Source of the DNA: a phage
Sequence record: PZ242158.1
DNA: 64,000 nt
Strand: one strand, 5' to 3'
Shown here in pieces: positions 48,407-56,856 of the stretch. The position numbers were made by a program, and so were the translations under genes. Under the pieces are notes generated by a model. The model ran no database searches and was not told the DNA's origin. It was given only the letters and a program-made list of their open reading frames with translations. The first letter of the stretch is position 1. The number at the start of each line of letters is the position of its first letter.

Positions 48407-48604
48407 ATGAACGCCTACGGAATTAAAGTACGTCGCAACACTCACCAGGCCGTCACCGATCAAATGGTTTGCCAGGTGGACGTAACCATCAACAACGGGC
48501 AAGGCCTTTATAAATTCCGTCGCGGTCAGAGCTATACCCGGCAACAGCTTAATCGTTGCGCCCTGACAAAAGGCCAGATCAACCACTGGTTTAATAAAAA
48601 ATAA
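48407..48604 (+). CDS. hypothetical small basic protein
   Basis: 65-aa ORF, SD GAGAGGA. Confidence 0.4.
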   Translation: MNAYGIKVRRNTHQAVTDQMVCQVDVTINNGQGLYKFRRGQSYTRQQLNRCALTKGQINHWFNKK

Positions 48605-48607
48605 GTA

Positions 48608-48636
48608 TTGACATATAGTCTGACACCAAATACACT
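48608..48636 (+). promoter_or_regulatory. sigma70-like early promoter
   Basis: TTGACA, 17 nt, TACACT. Confidence 0.55.
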
Positions 48637-48668
48637 AAAAGCACAAAAGACACTAAGAGGATAAAATC

Positions 48669-49067
48669 ATGAAAACCACTACCTTTAATTTTGATAATGC
48701 GGACTTTTCTTTTTCTGATGTCAAGAACTGCCGCCGTGATCGTGGATTTTACAAGGCTTATAATCTGGTGGGCCTGGACGATGACAATAATTTGCACGAA
48801 GTAGCTGAGATCCGGTATTATGCCGCCGCCAGTGGTAACACTCACTACTGCGTGTTTTGGATTCACGACAACAAGAACAATAAGTACGGTTATACTGGCG
48901 GCAAGGCGAGCGGTCACGGTTACGATAAAGCTAACGCAGCACTTGAGAGCGCATTAAATGCTATGGGGATCACTGCCGACGGCTGGATCTACGAAGAAGA
49001 GTTTTTGTCGGCACTTGCTGACCACCTGGGCTATAAAAAGCACATTGTGACATGCGCCCACGAATAA
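48669..49067 (+). CDS. hypothetical protein
   Basis: 132-aa ORF, SD AAGAGGA. Confidence 0.45.
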   Translation: MKTTTFNFDNADFSFSDVKNCRRDRGFYKAYNLVGLDDDNNLHEVAEIRYYAAASGNTHYCVFWIHDNKNNKYGYTGGKASGHGYDKANAALESALNAMGITADGWIYEEEFLSALADHLGYKKHIVTCAHE

Positions 49068-49074
49068 AAATCAT

Positions 49075-49102
49075 TGACACGCTGCAAAATTTAAGTAAAC
49101 TA
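49075..49102 (+). promoter_or_regulatory. sigma70-like early promoter
   Basis: TTGACA, 16 nt, TAAACT; followed by leader hairpin GGCGGGAA-tgt-TTCCCGCC (49113..49131). Confidence 0.5.
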
Positions 49103-49149
49103 GACACAAAAGGCGGGAATGTTTCCCGCCAACACAAAGGAAAAAGATC

Positions 49150-49554
49150 ATGAATAAGAACGTACGCCGCATCATGAATGAACTGGCAAACGATGAAAAA
49201 ATTATTGACATGCATTTGATCAACATTTGCCGCCGTTGTGTAACATATAACAACCGCGCCGCAAAAGCGCGTGAGATGAACGCAAAAGGCACCTTAAAGC
49301 CATTCCAGGTGGTGGTAAAGGCCATTAAAGATGTAACTAATACGGCAAACCAGGTACAGGGGAGCACCAACGAGAGTACCAATATTGATCCGGCTTACAT
49401 CATGAAACGGATCCGGACCTGCAAGAACAAAGAGCAAGTGTATAATGTCATAGACTGGTTGGATTCTATGGGCGATGTGGTGTACAATAGATTCTCTGCA
49501 GCTATTGAGATCCAGCTTGACAGGTTAGACGGTAAAGTACTTAAAACTTACTAA
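49150..49554 (+). CDS. hypothetical protein
   Basis: 134-aa ORF, SD AAAGGAAAAAG. Confidence 0.45.
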   Translation: MNKNVRRIMNELANDEKIIDMHLINICRRCVTYNNRAAKAREMNAKGTLKPFQVVVKAIKDVTNTANQVQGSTNESTNIDPAYIMKRIRTCKNKEQVYNVIDWLDSMGDVVYNRFSAAIEIQLDRLDGKVLKTY

Positions 49555-49559
49555 ATTTA

Positions 49560-49600
49560 TTTTTAGATGGCCTTGACTCCAGGGCCATCAATAAAGTAAA
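49560..49600 (+). repeat. repeated intergenic hairpin element, copy A
   Basis: TTTTTAGATGGCCTTGACTCCAGGGCCATCAATAAAGTAAA; 9-bp stem GATGGCCTT/AGGGCCATC, loop GACTCC; TTGACT in the loop. Confidence 0.6.
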
Positions 49601-49634
49601 TTAATCTCAGCTAAGCGAAAAAGGGGGCTTTAAG

Positions 49635-49754
49635 ATGAGCACTACACGCCAATACACAAAGGTAACTATTATCGCCTGCGTTGTCGGTTACATCCTGGCG
49701 CAAATGTTAATGAGCAGCGCTAACAGTTTTGCAAAATTTTTCTTAAATTTTTAA
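49635..49754 (+). CDS. 39-aa hydrophobic peptide (below ORF-track cutoff)
   Basis: ATG 49635 after AAAGGGGG; MSTTRQYTKVTIIACVVGYILAQMLM... Confidence 0.3.
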   Translation: MSTTRQYTKVTIIACVVGYILAQMLMSSANSFAKFFLNF

Positions 49755-49782
49755 TTGACAAGCTAACTTAGATTGATATACT
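49755..49782 (+). promoter_or_regulatory. sigma70-like early promoter
   Basis: TTGACA, 16 nt, TATACT. Confidence 0.6.
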
Positions 49783-49833
49783 TAAACACGTAAACGGGAA
49801 AACTTCCCAGAGCACACAAAAGGAGAAAACACC

Positions 49834-50175
49834 ATGACTACTATGACCGCCGCAGAAAAAGCTATTCAGATCGCCGCACTGAAAAAACAGATCGCAGACC
49901 TTGAGAACAAGATCGATAACTTTGAAATCGACGAGGACAAGTACGACGAAAACTATGATGAATGGTTAGACGAGATCTACGGCGAAATTATGATCGGAAA
50001 CATTTCTTTTCTTCCGTCGCGTATCCTCAAGGAGCTAGATCCTATCGCTTACCGCTGCGGATTTAGCGACTACATCGACAGCCTGGATATTGAGGACGAT
50101 GAAGAATACCAGGAATTACAGACAGAGTTAGAAGAAGCAAAAGAAGAGCTTGCAGAACTGGAAGAAAACGAGTAA
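49834..50175 (+). CDS. highly acidic small protein
   Basis: 113 aa with long Asp/Glu runs (DEDKYDENYDEWLDE, DIEDDEEYQELQTELEEAKEELAELEENE). Confidence 0.45.
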   Translation: MTTMTAAEKAIQIAALKKQIADLENKIDNFEIDEDKYDENYDEWLDEIYGEIMIGNISFLPSRILKELDPIAYRCGFSDYIDSLDIEDDEEYQELQTELEEAKEELAELEENE

Positions 50176-50180
50176 GATTA

Positions 50181-50221
50181 TTTTTAGATGGCCTTGACTC
50201 CAGGGCCATCAATAAAGTAAA
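50181..50221 (+). repeat. repeated intergenic hairpin element, copy B
   Basis: Identical 41-mer to copy A. Confidence 0.6.
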
Positions 50222-50264
50222 CTTTATACTGTTAACACTGAACTAATGCATAGGAGTTAAAACC

Positions 50265-50510
50265 ATGGCAGCACTAATCACCAAATATTATGCCCCTACC
50301 AACACCAAAAGCGCCCGTATCATGGTAAAAGGCTTCGGACGTAAAAAGGTGTACACCTGGGATTATGCCTTAGACACGGAAGACAACTACACCAACGCGA
50401 TGACCGATTTTATTAATGATCTGAACACGCGGATCTTGACAAATTATAAAATTACCGATATTGCCTATATAGGGGAAGGCGGGATCTGTTTTGTCGGTAT
50501 CGTCAAATAA
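50265..50510 (+). CDS. hypothetical protein
   Basis: 81-aa ORF, SD TAGGAG. Confidence 0.45.
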   Translation: MAALITKYYAPTNTKSARIMVKGFGRKKVYTWDYALDTEDNYTNAMTDFINDLNTRILTNYKITDIAYIGEGGICFVGIVK

Positions 50511-50514
50511 GCTG

Positions 50515-50556
50515 TTTTTTCGGTGGTCCTGGTAGCAGGGCCATCTATAAAGATAG
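50515..50556 (+). repeat. repeated intergenic hairpin element, variant copy D
   Basis: TTTTTTCGGTGGTCCTGGTAGCAGGGCCATCTATAAAGATAG; 3' arm identical to other copies, 5' arm has two transitions (A>G, C>T) that keep pairing only as G-U wobbles. Confidence 0.5.
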
Positions 50557-50585
50557 TTTATCAATACAATGAAAGGAGAAAGTAC

Positions 50586-50939
50586 ATGATCAGCGGGGCA
50601 AGTTTTATTATTGGCGCTATTGCTACGGCTTTAATTGTAAACAAGATCCAATCTAAAAACGAAAAAGATAGCAACGCCCTTACAGAATACCCGTTTTGGG
50701 TATTCAACGACAATGAAGACTATATTATCAAGTACAAGAATGAGAAGGGCGACCAGGTAACACCGCGACCGATCCCGGCTTACAAGATGCAAGAAACACT
50801 ATACCGCCTAAAGGCTGGAGGCGCAAAAATCGTAGACTTTTGGGGATACGATCACACAGATCAGGAAGTTATAAAGCGCCGTATCCGGGCTATTCAGGCC
50901 AATATTGAAGTTAGCAAGGGGGGAATATATGAAGATTAA
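50586..50939 (+). CDS. membrane protein
   Basis: Start at ATG 50586 after GAAAGGAGAAAG; N-terminal hydrophobic helix ISGASFIIGAIATALIV. Confidence 0.4.
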   Translation: MISGASFIIGAIATALIVNKIQSKNEKDSNALTEYPFWVFNDNEDYIIKYKNEKGDQVTPRPIPAYKMQETLYRLKAGGAKIVDFWGYDHTDQEVIKRRIRAIQANIEVSKGGIYED

Positions 50940-51126
50940 TTTTGAGAAGATTGTAAAGCGATCTCATGCTTCCGAAGAGCTGCCGGAACGCCGCCAGCGC
51001 AACAATAAACTGAATAAGCCAAAAAGATTTGGGAAGATCTGGCGAAATCATTATGATCGCAAATTACCGGGCCTGCTTTTGGAACGTGAACGACAGGCGG
51101 AACGATACCGCCACAAAGGCAAATAA
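50929..51126 (+). CDS. small basic protein
   Basis: Start at ATG 50929 after AAGGGGGGAA; Lys/Arg-rich. Confidence 0.35.
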   Translation: MKINFEKIVKRSHASEELPERRQRNNKLNKPKRFGKIWRNHYDRKLPGLLLERERQAERYRHKGK

Positions 51127-51134
51127 CAACCAAC

Positions 51135-51160
51135 GCCCCGCCATTGTGCGGGGCTTTTTA
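51135..51160 (+). terminator. intrinsic terminator
   Basis: GCCCCGC-cattgt-GCGGGGC + TTTTTATTT. Confidence 0.6.
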
Positions 51161-51307
51161 TTTCTATCCTACGAATAGCGCCCCCGGTTGGCCCTGTAAG
51201 CGCCAAAAAGGCCCCACCTATGCAATCGCCCCCCTTTAACCTGAAAACATCGCTTAGGGCCGTTTTATGGCGTTAAAAATATCATTGACAGTGATTTTAT
51301 TTAAAGC

Positions 51308-51335
51308 TTGACATCTTAAACAGGTTAGCTATACT
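51308..51335 (+). promoter_or_regulatory. sigma70-like early promoter
   Basis: TTGACA, 16 nt, TATACT. Confidence 0.55.
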
Positions 51336-51367
51336 AACCACATCAAAGAGAGAAAGGAGTAAACGCC

Positions 51368-51628
51368 ATGCGTAAATTAAAAAATTTTGATAAAGTTGAT
51401 GTTGTCCTGAATAATTTTTACTACTGCAACAACAAGGCCATTTGGTGGCGTGATAGTTCCACCGATAAAGTTAAAGCTCGCTTTCTCCAAGGGCACTGGC
51501 AAGGCCGTCCAGTGATTAAAATACTGGGGCAACTGGTAGCGTTTAAAAATTGCCGCCGTGTTGATGACGTTGAAGAGATCTTGAACATTTTACGCCACAA
51601 TAATTTAAAAAATAGTGTTGACAAGTAA
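51368..51628 (+). CDS. hypothetical protein
   Basis: 86-aa ORF, SD AAAGGAG. Confidence 0.45.
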   Translation: MRKLKNFDKVDVVLNNFYYCNNKAIWWRDSSTDKVKARFLQGHWQGRPVIKILGQLVAFKNCRRVDDVEEILNILRHNNLKNSVDK

Positions 51629-51645
51629 ATCTCGATAAGTATACT
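51618..51645 (+). promoter_or_regulatory. sigma70-like early promoter
   Basis: TTGACA, 16 nt, TATACT; followed by leader hairpin GGCGGGAAAACTTCCCGCC (51656..51674). Confidence 0.6.
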
Positions 51646-51702
51646 TAAACACACAGGCGGGAAAACTTCCCGCCACTAACAAAGAAAATAGGAGAAAATA
51701 TC

Positions 51703-52326
51703 ATGACCACCGTTAACATTACCACAGGTTACAATTTATCTTTCGACGTGCTGACCGACGAACAAAAAGAAAAAGCTATTGAAATGGTCCGCGAAAGAGA
51801 AGAACACAGCGGGGATAATTTTTTTGCAGAAAGTGTAATTGAACACTATAAAGAATATGTCTTTCCAGAGTACGGCCTTGAAGATACCGAAGTACGTTGG
51901 TCCGGCTTTTGGTGTCAAGGCGATGGCGCGTCAATCAGTGCTGAAAACGTGGATTTAGAAAAATTCTTGCGTAAAGTAAAGGCCCTGACCAAGTTCCGAT
52001 CAATTCGTCACTTGTTCGGCACAATGCACGATGGCGAGTTATCAGCCAGTGTTGAACGTATCCCGTTTAGCCATTATCATCACGAAAACACAATAGGAGG
52101 GTGCATCGATACTAATTGGCTAGACCTGACCACCAAGCAAGAGGACAAAGTTGAAGAGCTGGAAGAGCTGATCACCGAGACGGTACGGGAGCTATCCCGC
52201 AAGGTTTACGTAGACCTGGAGGAGGCCTATCTTGAACAGTTTACTACCGAAAACCTGATCGGCCTTATTGAAGCCAATGATTGGCGGTTTGATGTGGATG
52301 AATATGGGGAGATGAGTTTTTCATAA
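51703..52326 (+). CDS. hypothetical acidic protein
   Basis: 207-aa ORF, SD TAGGAGAAAA. Confidence 0.45.
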   Translation: MTTVNITTGYNLSFDVLTDEQKEKAIEMVREREEHSGDNFFAESVIEHYKEYVFPEYGLEDTEVRWSGFWCQGDGASISAENVDLEKFLRKVKALTKFRSIRHLFGTMHDGELSASVERIPFSHYHHENTIGGCIDTNWLDLTTKQEDKVEELEELITETVRELSRKVYVDLEEAYLEQFTTENLIGLIEANDWRFDVDEYGEMSFS

Positions 52327-52334
52327 ATAAAGTG

Positions 52335-52362
52335 TTGCAATAATCTAAAAACCTGCTATATT
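52335..52362 (+). promoter_or_regulatory. sigma70-like early promoter
   Basis: TTGCAA, 16 nt, TATATT; followed by leader hairpin GGGGCGAG...TTGCCCC (52373..52392). Confidence 0.5.
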
Positions 52363-52416
52363 AAAAACTCAAGGGGCGAGATGACTTGCCCCCCACAAAA
52401 CAAAGAGGAAAACATC

Positions 52417-52797
52417 ATGAAAAACACTACTAAAGCTATTGACACCGTTATGTTTAACCTGGTTACATTCCGTGAAGATATGAAAGATCTTCCACGTGAA
52501 ACAGTGTGCGACCATATCGAAAACTATCGCAAACTAATCAAAGAGTTGCCTTTAAAACGTGACCAGTACGCGGCTAACGCTATGCTTAACGCCATGATCA
52601 AAAAGATGATCCAGTGTGATTTAACTCTGGCCTATGATTATGCAGGCGGTCGTTTTGCAGTATACAATCAGCCCGTGCCCGGTATGAGCACCACCGAAGA
52701 ATTGCACGCGTTAAATCTGAAACAAGATGTATGGGATAACATGCCCCGCGTGGTGGTGTGGGCAGAAAGCGGAAAGATTTACGGCGATAATTTTTAA
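52417..52797 (+). CDS. hypothetical protein
   Basis: Start at ATG 52417 after AAGAGGAAAA. Confidence 0.45.
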   Translation: MKNTTKAIDTVMFNLVTFREDMKDLPRETVCDHIENYRKLIKELPLKRDQYAANAMLNAMIKKMIQCDLTLAYDYAGGRFAVYNQPVPGMSTTEELHALNLKQDVWDNMPRVVVWAESGKIYGDNF

Positions 52798-52861
52798 TCA
52801 GGTAACAGGCGGCATATTTGCCGCCTTATTGTTAAACAGAACTGCAAAAGAGGTACATAGA

Positions 52862-53233
52862 ATGGAATTTATTATTTTGGCTGTAGTAGTTGCCTTGTTC
52901 AACGCCTGGATCGCTGGCAAGATGGGTAGATCCGCTTTTTTATGGTTTATTATATCTATTTTCCTGGGGGTGGTTGCAACTATTGTACTTGTTATCCTTG
53001 CAATTGTTGACAAGGGGAATAATAGAAAGGGTAAAGTATTTTCAGACCTGTACGACGCTCAAACATTTGTCAACGCCTACTACAGCGATCTTCCAGTCTC
53101 CCTACGTTGCAGCCTTGCACAACAGGTTTTCGATGAAGCTAAAACCAGAGATCACGCCCATGAGATTTGTTTAACTGAGGCGGATCGCCTATTTGAGAGG
53201 AATAGAAAATATGTGGACCAGCCGTTTAAATAA
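52862..53233 (+). CDS. membrane protein
   Basis: Start at ATG 52862 after AAGAGG; two hydrophobic helices (FIILAVVVALFNAWIA, FLWFIISIFLGVVATIVLVILAIV). Confidence 0.4.
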   Translation: MEFIILAVVVALFNAWIAGKMGRSAFLWFIISIFLGVVATIVLVILAIVDKGNNRKGKVFSDLYDAQTFVNAYYSDLPVSLRCSLAQQVFDEAKTRDHAHEICLTEADRLFERNRKYVDQPFK

Positions 53234-53432
53234 TGCCACGTTAATTAACCCCTTTAGTGAAGATTTGAAGCCAGCCGCCTGGCGGGATGGATTCAATAAC
53301 GAAAGCTTTATTTTCAGGCCTGATCTTAAGGAATTTTATAACAATGGATCGAACAACGACAGAGATAATTTTTCTTGTAATGTGCGTGGTGATAATACTC
53401 CTGGGAGCCATTGCAAACCACGTCACTGCTAA
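53211..53432 (+). CDS. hypothetical small protein (weak)
   Basis: ATG 53211 after GAGAGGAA; overlaps end of upstream gene. Confidence 0.25.
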   Translation: MWTSRLNNATLINPFSEDLKPAAWRDGFNNESFIFRPDLKEFYNNGSNNDRDNFSCNVRGDNTPGSHCKPRHC

Positions 53433-53452
53433 CAGGAGGAAAGGGGGAGACG

Positions 53453-53572
53453 ATGACACCCAAGGATAAGCCCCGCACCGATAAGGCGCGCCGTGTTATG
53501 GTATGGCTTGAGATCATCGCCCTTGAAATATTGTTAGGCGTAGGGATGTATTTTATCGCTGTAAGTAATTGA
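53453..53572 (+). CDS. 39-aa membrane peptide (below ORF-track cutoff)
   Basis: ATG 53453 after AGGAGGAAAGGGGGAG; hydrophobic VMVWLEIIALEILLGVGMYFIAV. Confidence 0.35.
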   Translation: MTPKDKPRTDKARRVMVWLEIIALEILLGVGMYFIAVSN

Positions 53573-53576
53573 TAAC

Positions 53577-53615
53577 GGCCCCGATCCCTGGGGCCTAACT
53601 TTTCAAATTTTTTTT
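53577..53615 (+). terminator. intrinsic terminator
   Basis: GGCCCC-gatccct-GGGGCC followed by TAACTTTTCAAATTTTTTTTC. Confidence 0.5.
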
Positions 53616-53626
53616 CTCCCTGAGTG

Positions 53627-53655
53627 TTGCAATCCGATCCAGAATATGGATAATA
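53627..53655 (+). promoter_or_regulatory. sigma70-like early promoter
   Basis: TTGCAA, 17 nt, ATAATA; shares core AATATGGATAATAA with the promoter at 54791; followed by hairpin GGGGAG-aca-CTCCCC. Confidence 0.5.
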
Positions 53656-53713
53656 ACAATCAACGGGGAGACACTCCCCACCGCATAGACAAAGTTCCAA
53701 AAGGAGAAACAAA

Positions 53714-53914
53714 ATGAGCAACAATATCCGCGTTATTAACTTCAAAAAAGAAGAAAAAATTGCCGTGCTGATTGACGGTCAAGAAATCTTTAAAGGTGAT
53801 TATGAAGATCATCAAACGGCGATTAGTATCACTCGCGTGATTGGTTACCATAATTTTTACCCTCAAGGCGCTGAGGCAGCAGTAAAACTAATTAAAGAGA
53901 TTGTAGGCCTGTAA
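53714..53914 (+). CDS. hypothetical protein
   Basis: 66-aa ORF, SD AAAGGAGAAA. Confidence 0.45.
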   Translation: MSNNIRVINFKKEEKIAVLIDGQEIFKGDYEDHQTAISITRVIGYHNFYPQGAEAAVKLIKEIVGL

Positions 53915-53920
53915 AATTTA

Positions 53921-53961
53921 TTTTTAGATGGCCTTGACTCCAGGGCCATCAATAAAGTAAA
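53921..53961 (+). repeat. repeated intergenic hairpin element, copy C
   Basis: Identical 41-mer to copies A and B. Confidence 0.6.
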
Positions 53962-54005
53962 TTTAAACCCTGTTAAAATAATCAGTGCAAAAAGGAGTAA
54001 TGATC

Positions 54006-54305
54006 ATGTTTATCCAGGCTAATAATCTTTATTTCTTTGATGGTCAGATCGTAGACGGCGTGGAGGTGGAAATCACCGGGTGCCCTGGCGGTCAGGTTAT
54101 GACTTTTCGGAATAATGCCTTTGATGATTCTCATATCGTTATGAGAATGGAAGTTAGTAAGCTGGATGACAAGAAAACACTCATTGATTATTCCGTGAAA
54201 GATCATCCAGACTACCACATGATCTATGGTGATTTGTGCATTGTTGACCGTGACAAGGTGGGCGGCATTGTGATCGCTATTGTGAACGATGTTTTCTCAA
54301 ACTAA
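54006..54305 (+). CDS. hypothetical protein
   Basis: Start at ATG 54006, 8 nt after AAAGGAG. Confidence 0.4.
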   Translation: MFIQANNLYFFDGQIVDGVEVEITGCPGGQVMTFRNNAFDDSHIVMRMEVSKLDDKKTLIDYSVKDHPDYHMIYGDLCIVDRDKVGGIVIAIVNDVFSN

Positions 54306-54322
54306 TTTCAGCAGGTGATTTT

Positions 54323-54673
54323 ATGAAAGTAAAACTATATTACCTTAATGAGCTTAACCCCCTTGCCCAGGTCCGCGCCCTGGCTAATACCTTGATTTGT
54401 GAGAAATCTGTATATTGTGTTGAGCTTAACTCCATGCGTGAACGTCTCAAAGGTGGTTACTTTGACATCCATGCTGCAATCAACGGCCTGAATATGGAAT
54501 TTATCCGCTTACGTAACAGCCGCCAGAATCTGGCAAGAATGGAACAAGATCCGGCCCACCTTCGTAAGCTGGTTATTGAAAATCATCTAATGTTTAATGC
54601 CGATGGTGATTATTACCATTTTCACCGTAAACGCTGGTACCGTAGCGGCAATATAGGAAAGAATGCAAAATAA
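54323..54673 (+). CDS. hypothetical basic protein
   Basis: 116-aa ORF. Confidence 0.4.
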   Translation: MKVKLYYLNELNPLAQVRALANTLICEKSVYCVELNSMRERLKGGYFDIHAAINGLNMEFIRLRNSRQNLARMEQDPAHLRKLVIENHLMFNADGDYYHFHRKRWYRSGNIGKNAK

Positions 54674-54708
54674 GGCCCCTGGCAGGGCCTGCAGCGATAT
54701 AATCACAT

Positions 54709-54742
54709 AAAGGCTATGCGGTTGCATAGCCTTTATTATTTT
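54709..54742 (+). terminator. intrinsic terminator
   Basis: AAAGGCTATGC-ggtt-GCATAGCCTTT (11-bp stem) + ATTATTTTGG. Confidence 0.6.
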
Positions 54743-54790
54743 GGCGTTACAGCGGCCCCCAAGGCGCTTAAAAAATTTTTAAAGAAGTAC

Positions 54791-54819
54791 TTGCATCAAG
54801 TCCTACAATATGGATAATA
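54791..54819 (+). promoter_or_regulatory. sigma70-like early promoter
   Basis: TTGCAT, 17 nt, ATAATA. Confidence 0.5.
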
Positions 54820-54879
54820 AAGGGTGTCGGGGGGCGGTGAGGCCTCCAATCATTAACCGGATAGATAGGAGTTAAAACC

Positions 54880-55164
54880 ATGGCTATTGTTACCGTTGGC
54901 GATGTAGTAGAAATGGAAGCCAAATACTTAAAAGCTGGTATGCATATCATACGGAATGATCAAGAATTGTTATTAACCATGGTTGAATATAATCCCGGTC
55001 AGGATTATCCAAGCATTGACTACTTTTTCCAGTATGTTGATGAAGAATTAAAAGAGGATGAGGCTTATCAGGGTGAATTTTGTAATTTCTTTTGCCCTGA
55101 TGAGGTTGTAAAAGTTATCTATCAACCTGGCGTACCTTTCCCGCTGCACGCTATCAACAAATAA
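54880..55164 (+). CDS. hypothetical protein
   Basis: 94-aa ORF, SD TAGGAG. Confidence 0.45.
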   Translation: MAIVTVGDVVEMEAKYLKAGMHIIRNDQELLLTMVEYNPGQDYPSIDYFFQYVDEELKEDEAYQGEFCNFFCPDEVVKVIYQPGVPFPLHAINK

Positions 55165-55219
55165 ACCTGGCGGGGCCGAAAAGGCCCCCAATTATGAAAA
55201 TAAAGAGAGGCAAATCATC

Positions 55220-55453
55220 ATGATGGAACAAATTAAACGCGCCGAGGCTATTAATGGCAACGTGATCTATTTTGTCAGCAAAAACGAAAAAGGCGTACCC
55301 TATGCGGCGGTAATAGTACAGCCTGACGGCGATTATTGGTGTACTGTGTACGGCGCTTATTCTTTTGGGCGTCCAGTGCATGATAAAATTTTGAAAGTAG
55401 CGAACCCTACCGGGAAAAATATCACAGCAGAAAAATTTTTTGAAAATAGTTGA
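55220..55453 (+). CDS. hypothetical protein
   Basis: 77-aa ORF, SD AAAGAGAGG; leader hairpin GGGGCC-gaaaa-GGCCCC upstream. Confidence 0.45.
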   Translation: MMEQIKRAEAINGNVIYFVSKNEKGVPYAAVIVQPDGDYWCTVYGAYSFGRPVHDKILKVANPTGKNITAEKFFENS

Positions 55454-55477
55454 CATGACCATATAAGACTGTAGTAT
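55450..55477 (+). promoter_or_regulatory. sigma70-like early promoter
   Basis: TTGACA, 16 nt, TAGTAT; followed by leader hairpin GGGGC-aa-GCCCC. Confidence 0.5.
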
Positions 55478-55524
55478 ATAAATCAAAGGGGCAAGCCCCA
55501 CCAACCACAAAGAGGATAAAAATC

Positions 55525-55704
55525 ATGGCTATTATTGCAAAGACTGAGATCGTAGGCTTGGATTCTATTCTCCTCGCATATGAGGAAGCTATAGAAATGT
55601 ATGTGGTTTCCTATGGTGAGTATATCCGTGAATATAAATCTATTGATCTGGCTTTTGAATGTTATATTCGCCAGGTTAATAAAGCGTACGATGATTATCG
55701 TTAA
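55525..55704 (+). CDS. 59-aa hypothetical protein (below ORF-track cutoff)
   Basis: ATG 55525 after AAAGAGGATAAAAATC. Confidence 0.35.
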   Translation: MAIIAKTEIVGLDSILLAYEEAIEMYVVSYGEYIREYKSIDLAFECYIRQVNKAYDDYR

Positions 55705-55794
55705 AATAGTTTGAAAACAAACAACCATCTTACAAAGCATAATACATAAGGCGGTGGAATGGTCCGCCACCTGGAACAAGAAGAGGAAAACAAA

Positions 55795-55899
55795 ATGAAA
55801 CAGAAATTAATTGATGCGGTGATCCTGGTTATTGCCCTGGGTATTGGCCTGATTGCAACCATGGCTAATGTGATCTTGTCTTCCAACGGTATCGGGTGA
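55795..55899 (+). CDS. 34-aa membrane peptide
   Basis: ATG 55795 after AAGAGGAAAA; hydrophobic DAVILVIALGIGLIATMANVIL; leader hairpin upstream. Confidence 0.3.
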   Translation: MKQKLIDAVILVIALGIGLIATMANVILSSNGIG

Positions 55900-55908
55900 G
55901 GTTGGCAA

Positions 55909-56124
55909 ATGATCACTAACAAAACAGGCAAAACGGAATTTTTACGCAACTTACAGATCGGCAAGCCTGAGATCTGGTATTGCACTAAAACACCACGTGA
56001 CGAAATGAAAGACTTCACCGCCACGCTGCAACGGGTAAAGATATCCATCACGCAGAAAAAGGCCTTGATAGTGGTGGAAGGTGAGATCCCTCAAACCGTT
56101 GTTATAGTTGAGCGTACAGCATAG
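55909..56124 (+). CDS. hypothetical protein
   Basis: 71-aa ORF. Confidence 0.35.
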   Translation: MITNKTGKTEFLRNLQIGKPEIWYCTKTPRDEMKDFTATLQRVKISITQKKALIVVEGEIPQTVVIVERTA

Positions 56125-56215
56125 TTTAATTTATACCGATACCCGAAAATTAACCAACAAAGCATAAACAGGCGGTTACCGCCGCCTTAAACGTAGCAGA
56201 AAGAGGATAGACACA

Positions 56216-56500
56216 ATGAAAAAGATGATCGCAGTGGTTGCCCTGGTTGTTGGACTTAATGCGCCTGTAATGGCTAAAGAGCTGGCAAAAGAGGTTGATC
56301 TAACGGATATCCATGCCGTCAATCAAATCGGGGTTACTTATCGCTTATGCCTTGCCGCTAAAACTTTTAATGACGGCACAACAGAGTACTACGGATTCGA
56401 GGGTATCCGGTGCGGTGAGCTTGCTCGCGACCTTAAGGAAGATCCAGACCTGGAAGATCTGCCCATCACCGTAAACGGTAAAGCTTACGTAAACCGTTAA
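56216..56500 (+). CDS. secreted small protein
   Basis: Signal-peptide-like MKKMIAVVALVVGLNAPVMA; SD AAGAGGA; leader hairpin AGGCGG...CCGCCT upstream. Confidence 0.45.
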   Translation: MKKMIAVVALVVGLNAPVMAKELAKEVDLTDIHAVNQIGVTYRLCLAAKTFNDGTTEYYGFEGIRCGELARDLKEDPDLEDLPITVNGKAYVNR

Positions 56501-56502
56501 CC

Positions 56503-56640
56503 ATGAGAAAGATAATCATCACCTTGGGGATTGTGGCGGGATCGCTGGCGCTCTTTCTCCTTATGGTTAGGTATGTGCTGATCGGTATTGTCCTGGTAGT
56601 CAGTGATCTATTGGAAACGGTTGGCACCTTGTTTTAAAGA
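56503..56640 (+). CDS. 45-aa membrane peptide
   Basis: ATG 56503; IIITLGIVAGSLALFLLMVRYVLIGIVLVV. Confidence 0.3.
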
Positions 56641-56649
56641 GCGGTAAAA

Positions 56650-56841
56650 ATGAATATCGAACAAGTTAGAAAGGTATTGGCGGTACTGCGTTATCATAAT
56701 CATAGAAAGGTCATAGACGATCCTGATTATGTCGATTCAAGCCTGGAAGGGGATACACTACAAGCCATAAGTAATATGCAAGAATTGCTAAAGCGCATGA
56801 CAGAGAAAAACCGACCGGACTACATAGGCGAAAAAATATAA
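56650..56841 (+). CDS. hypothetical protein
   Basis: 63-aa ORF. Confidence 0.4.
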   Translation: MNIEQVRKVLAVLRYHNHRKVIDDPDYVDSSLEGDTLQAISNMQELLKRMTEKNRPDYIGEKI

Positions 56842-56856
56842 TCCTTATAAACTACA

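Noticed and set aside
49560-53961. Repeated hairpin elements as canonical intrinsic terminators
   Set aside because: The stem is not followed by a U-tract on either strand (AATAAAG on +, TAAAAATAA on -); retained as a repeat/RNA element of unknown function instead.
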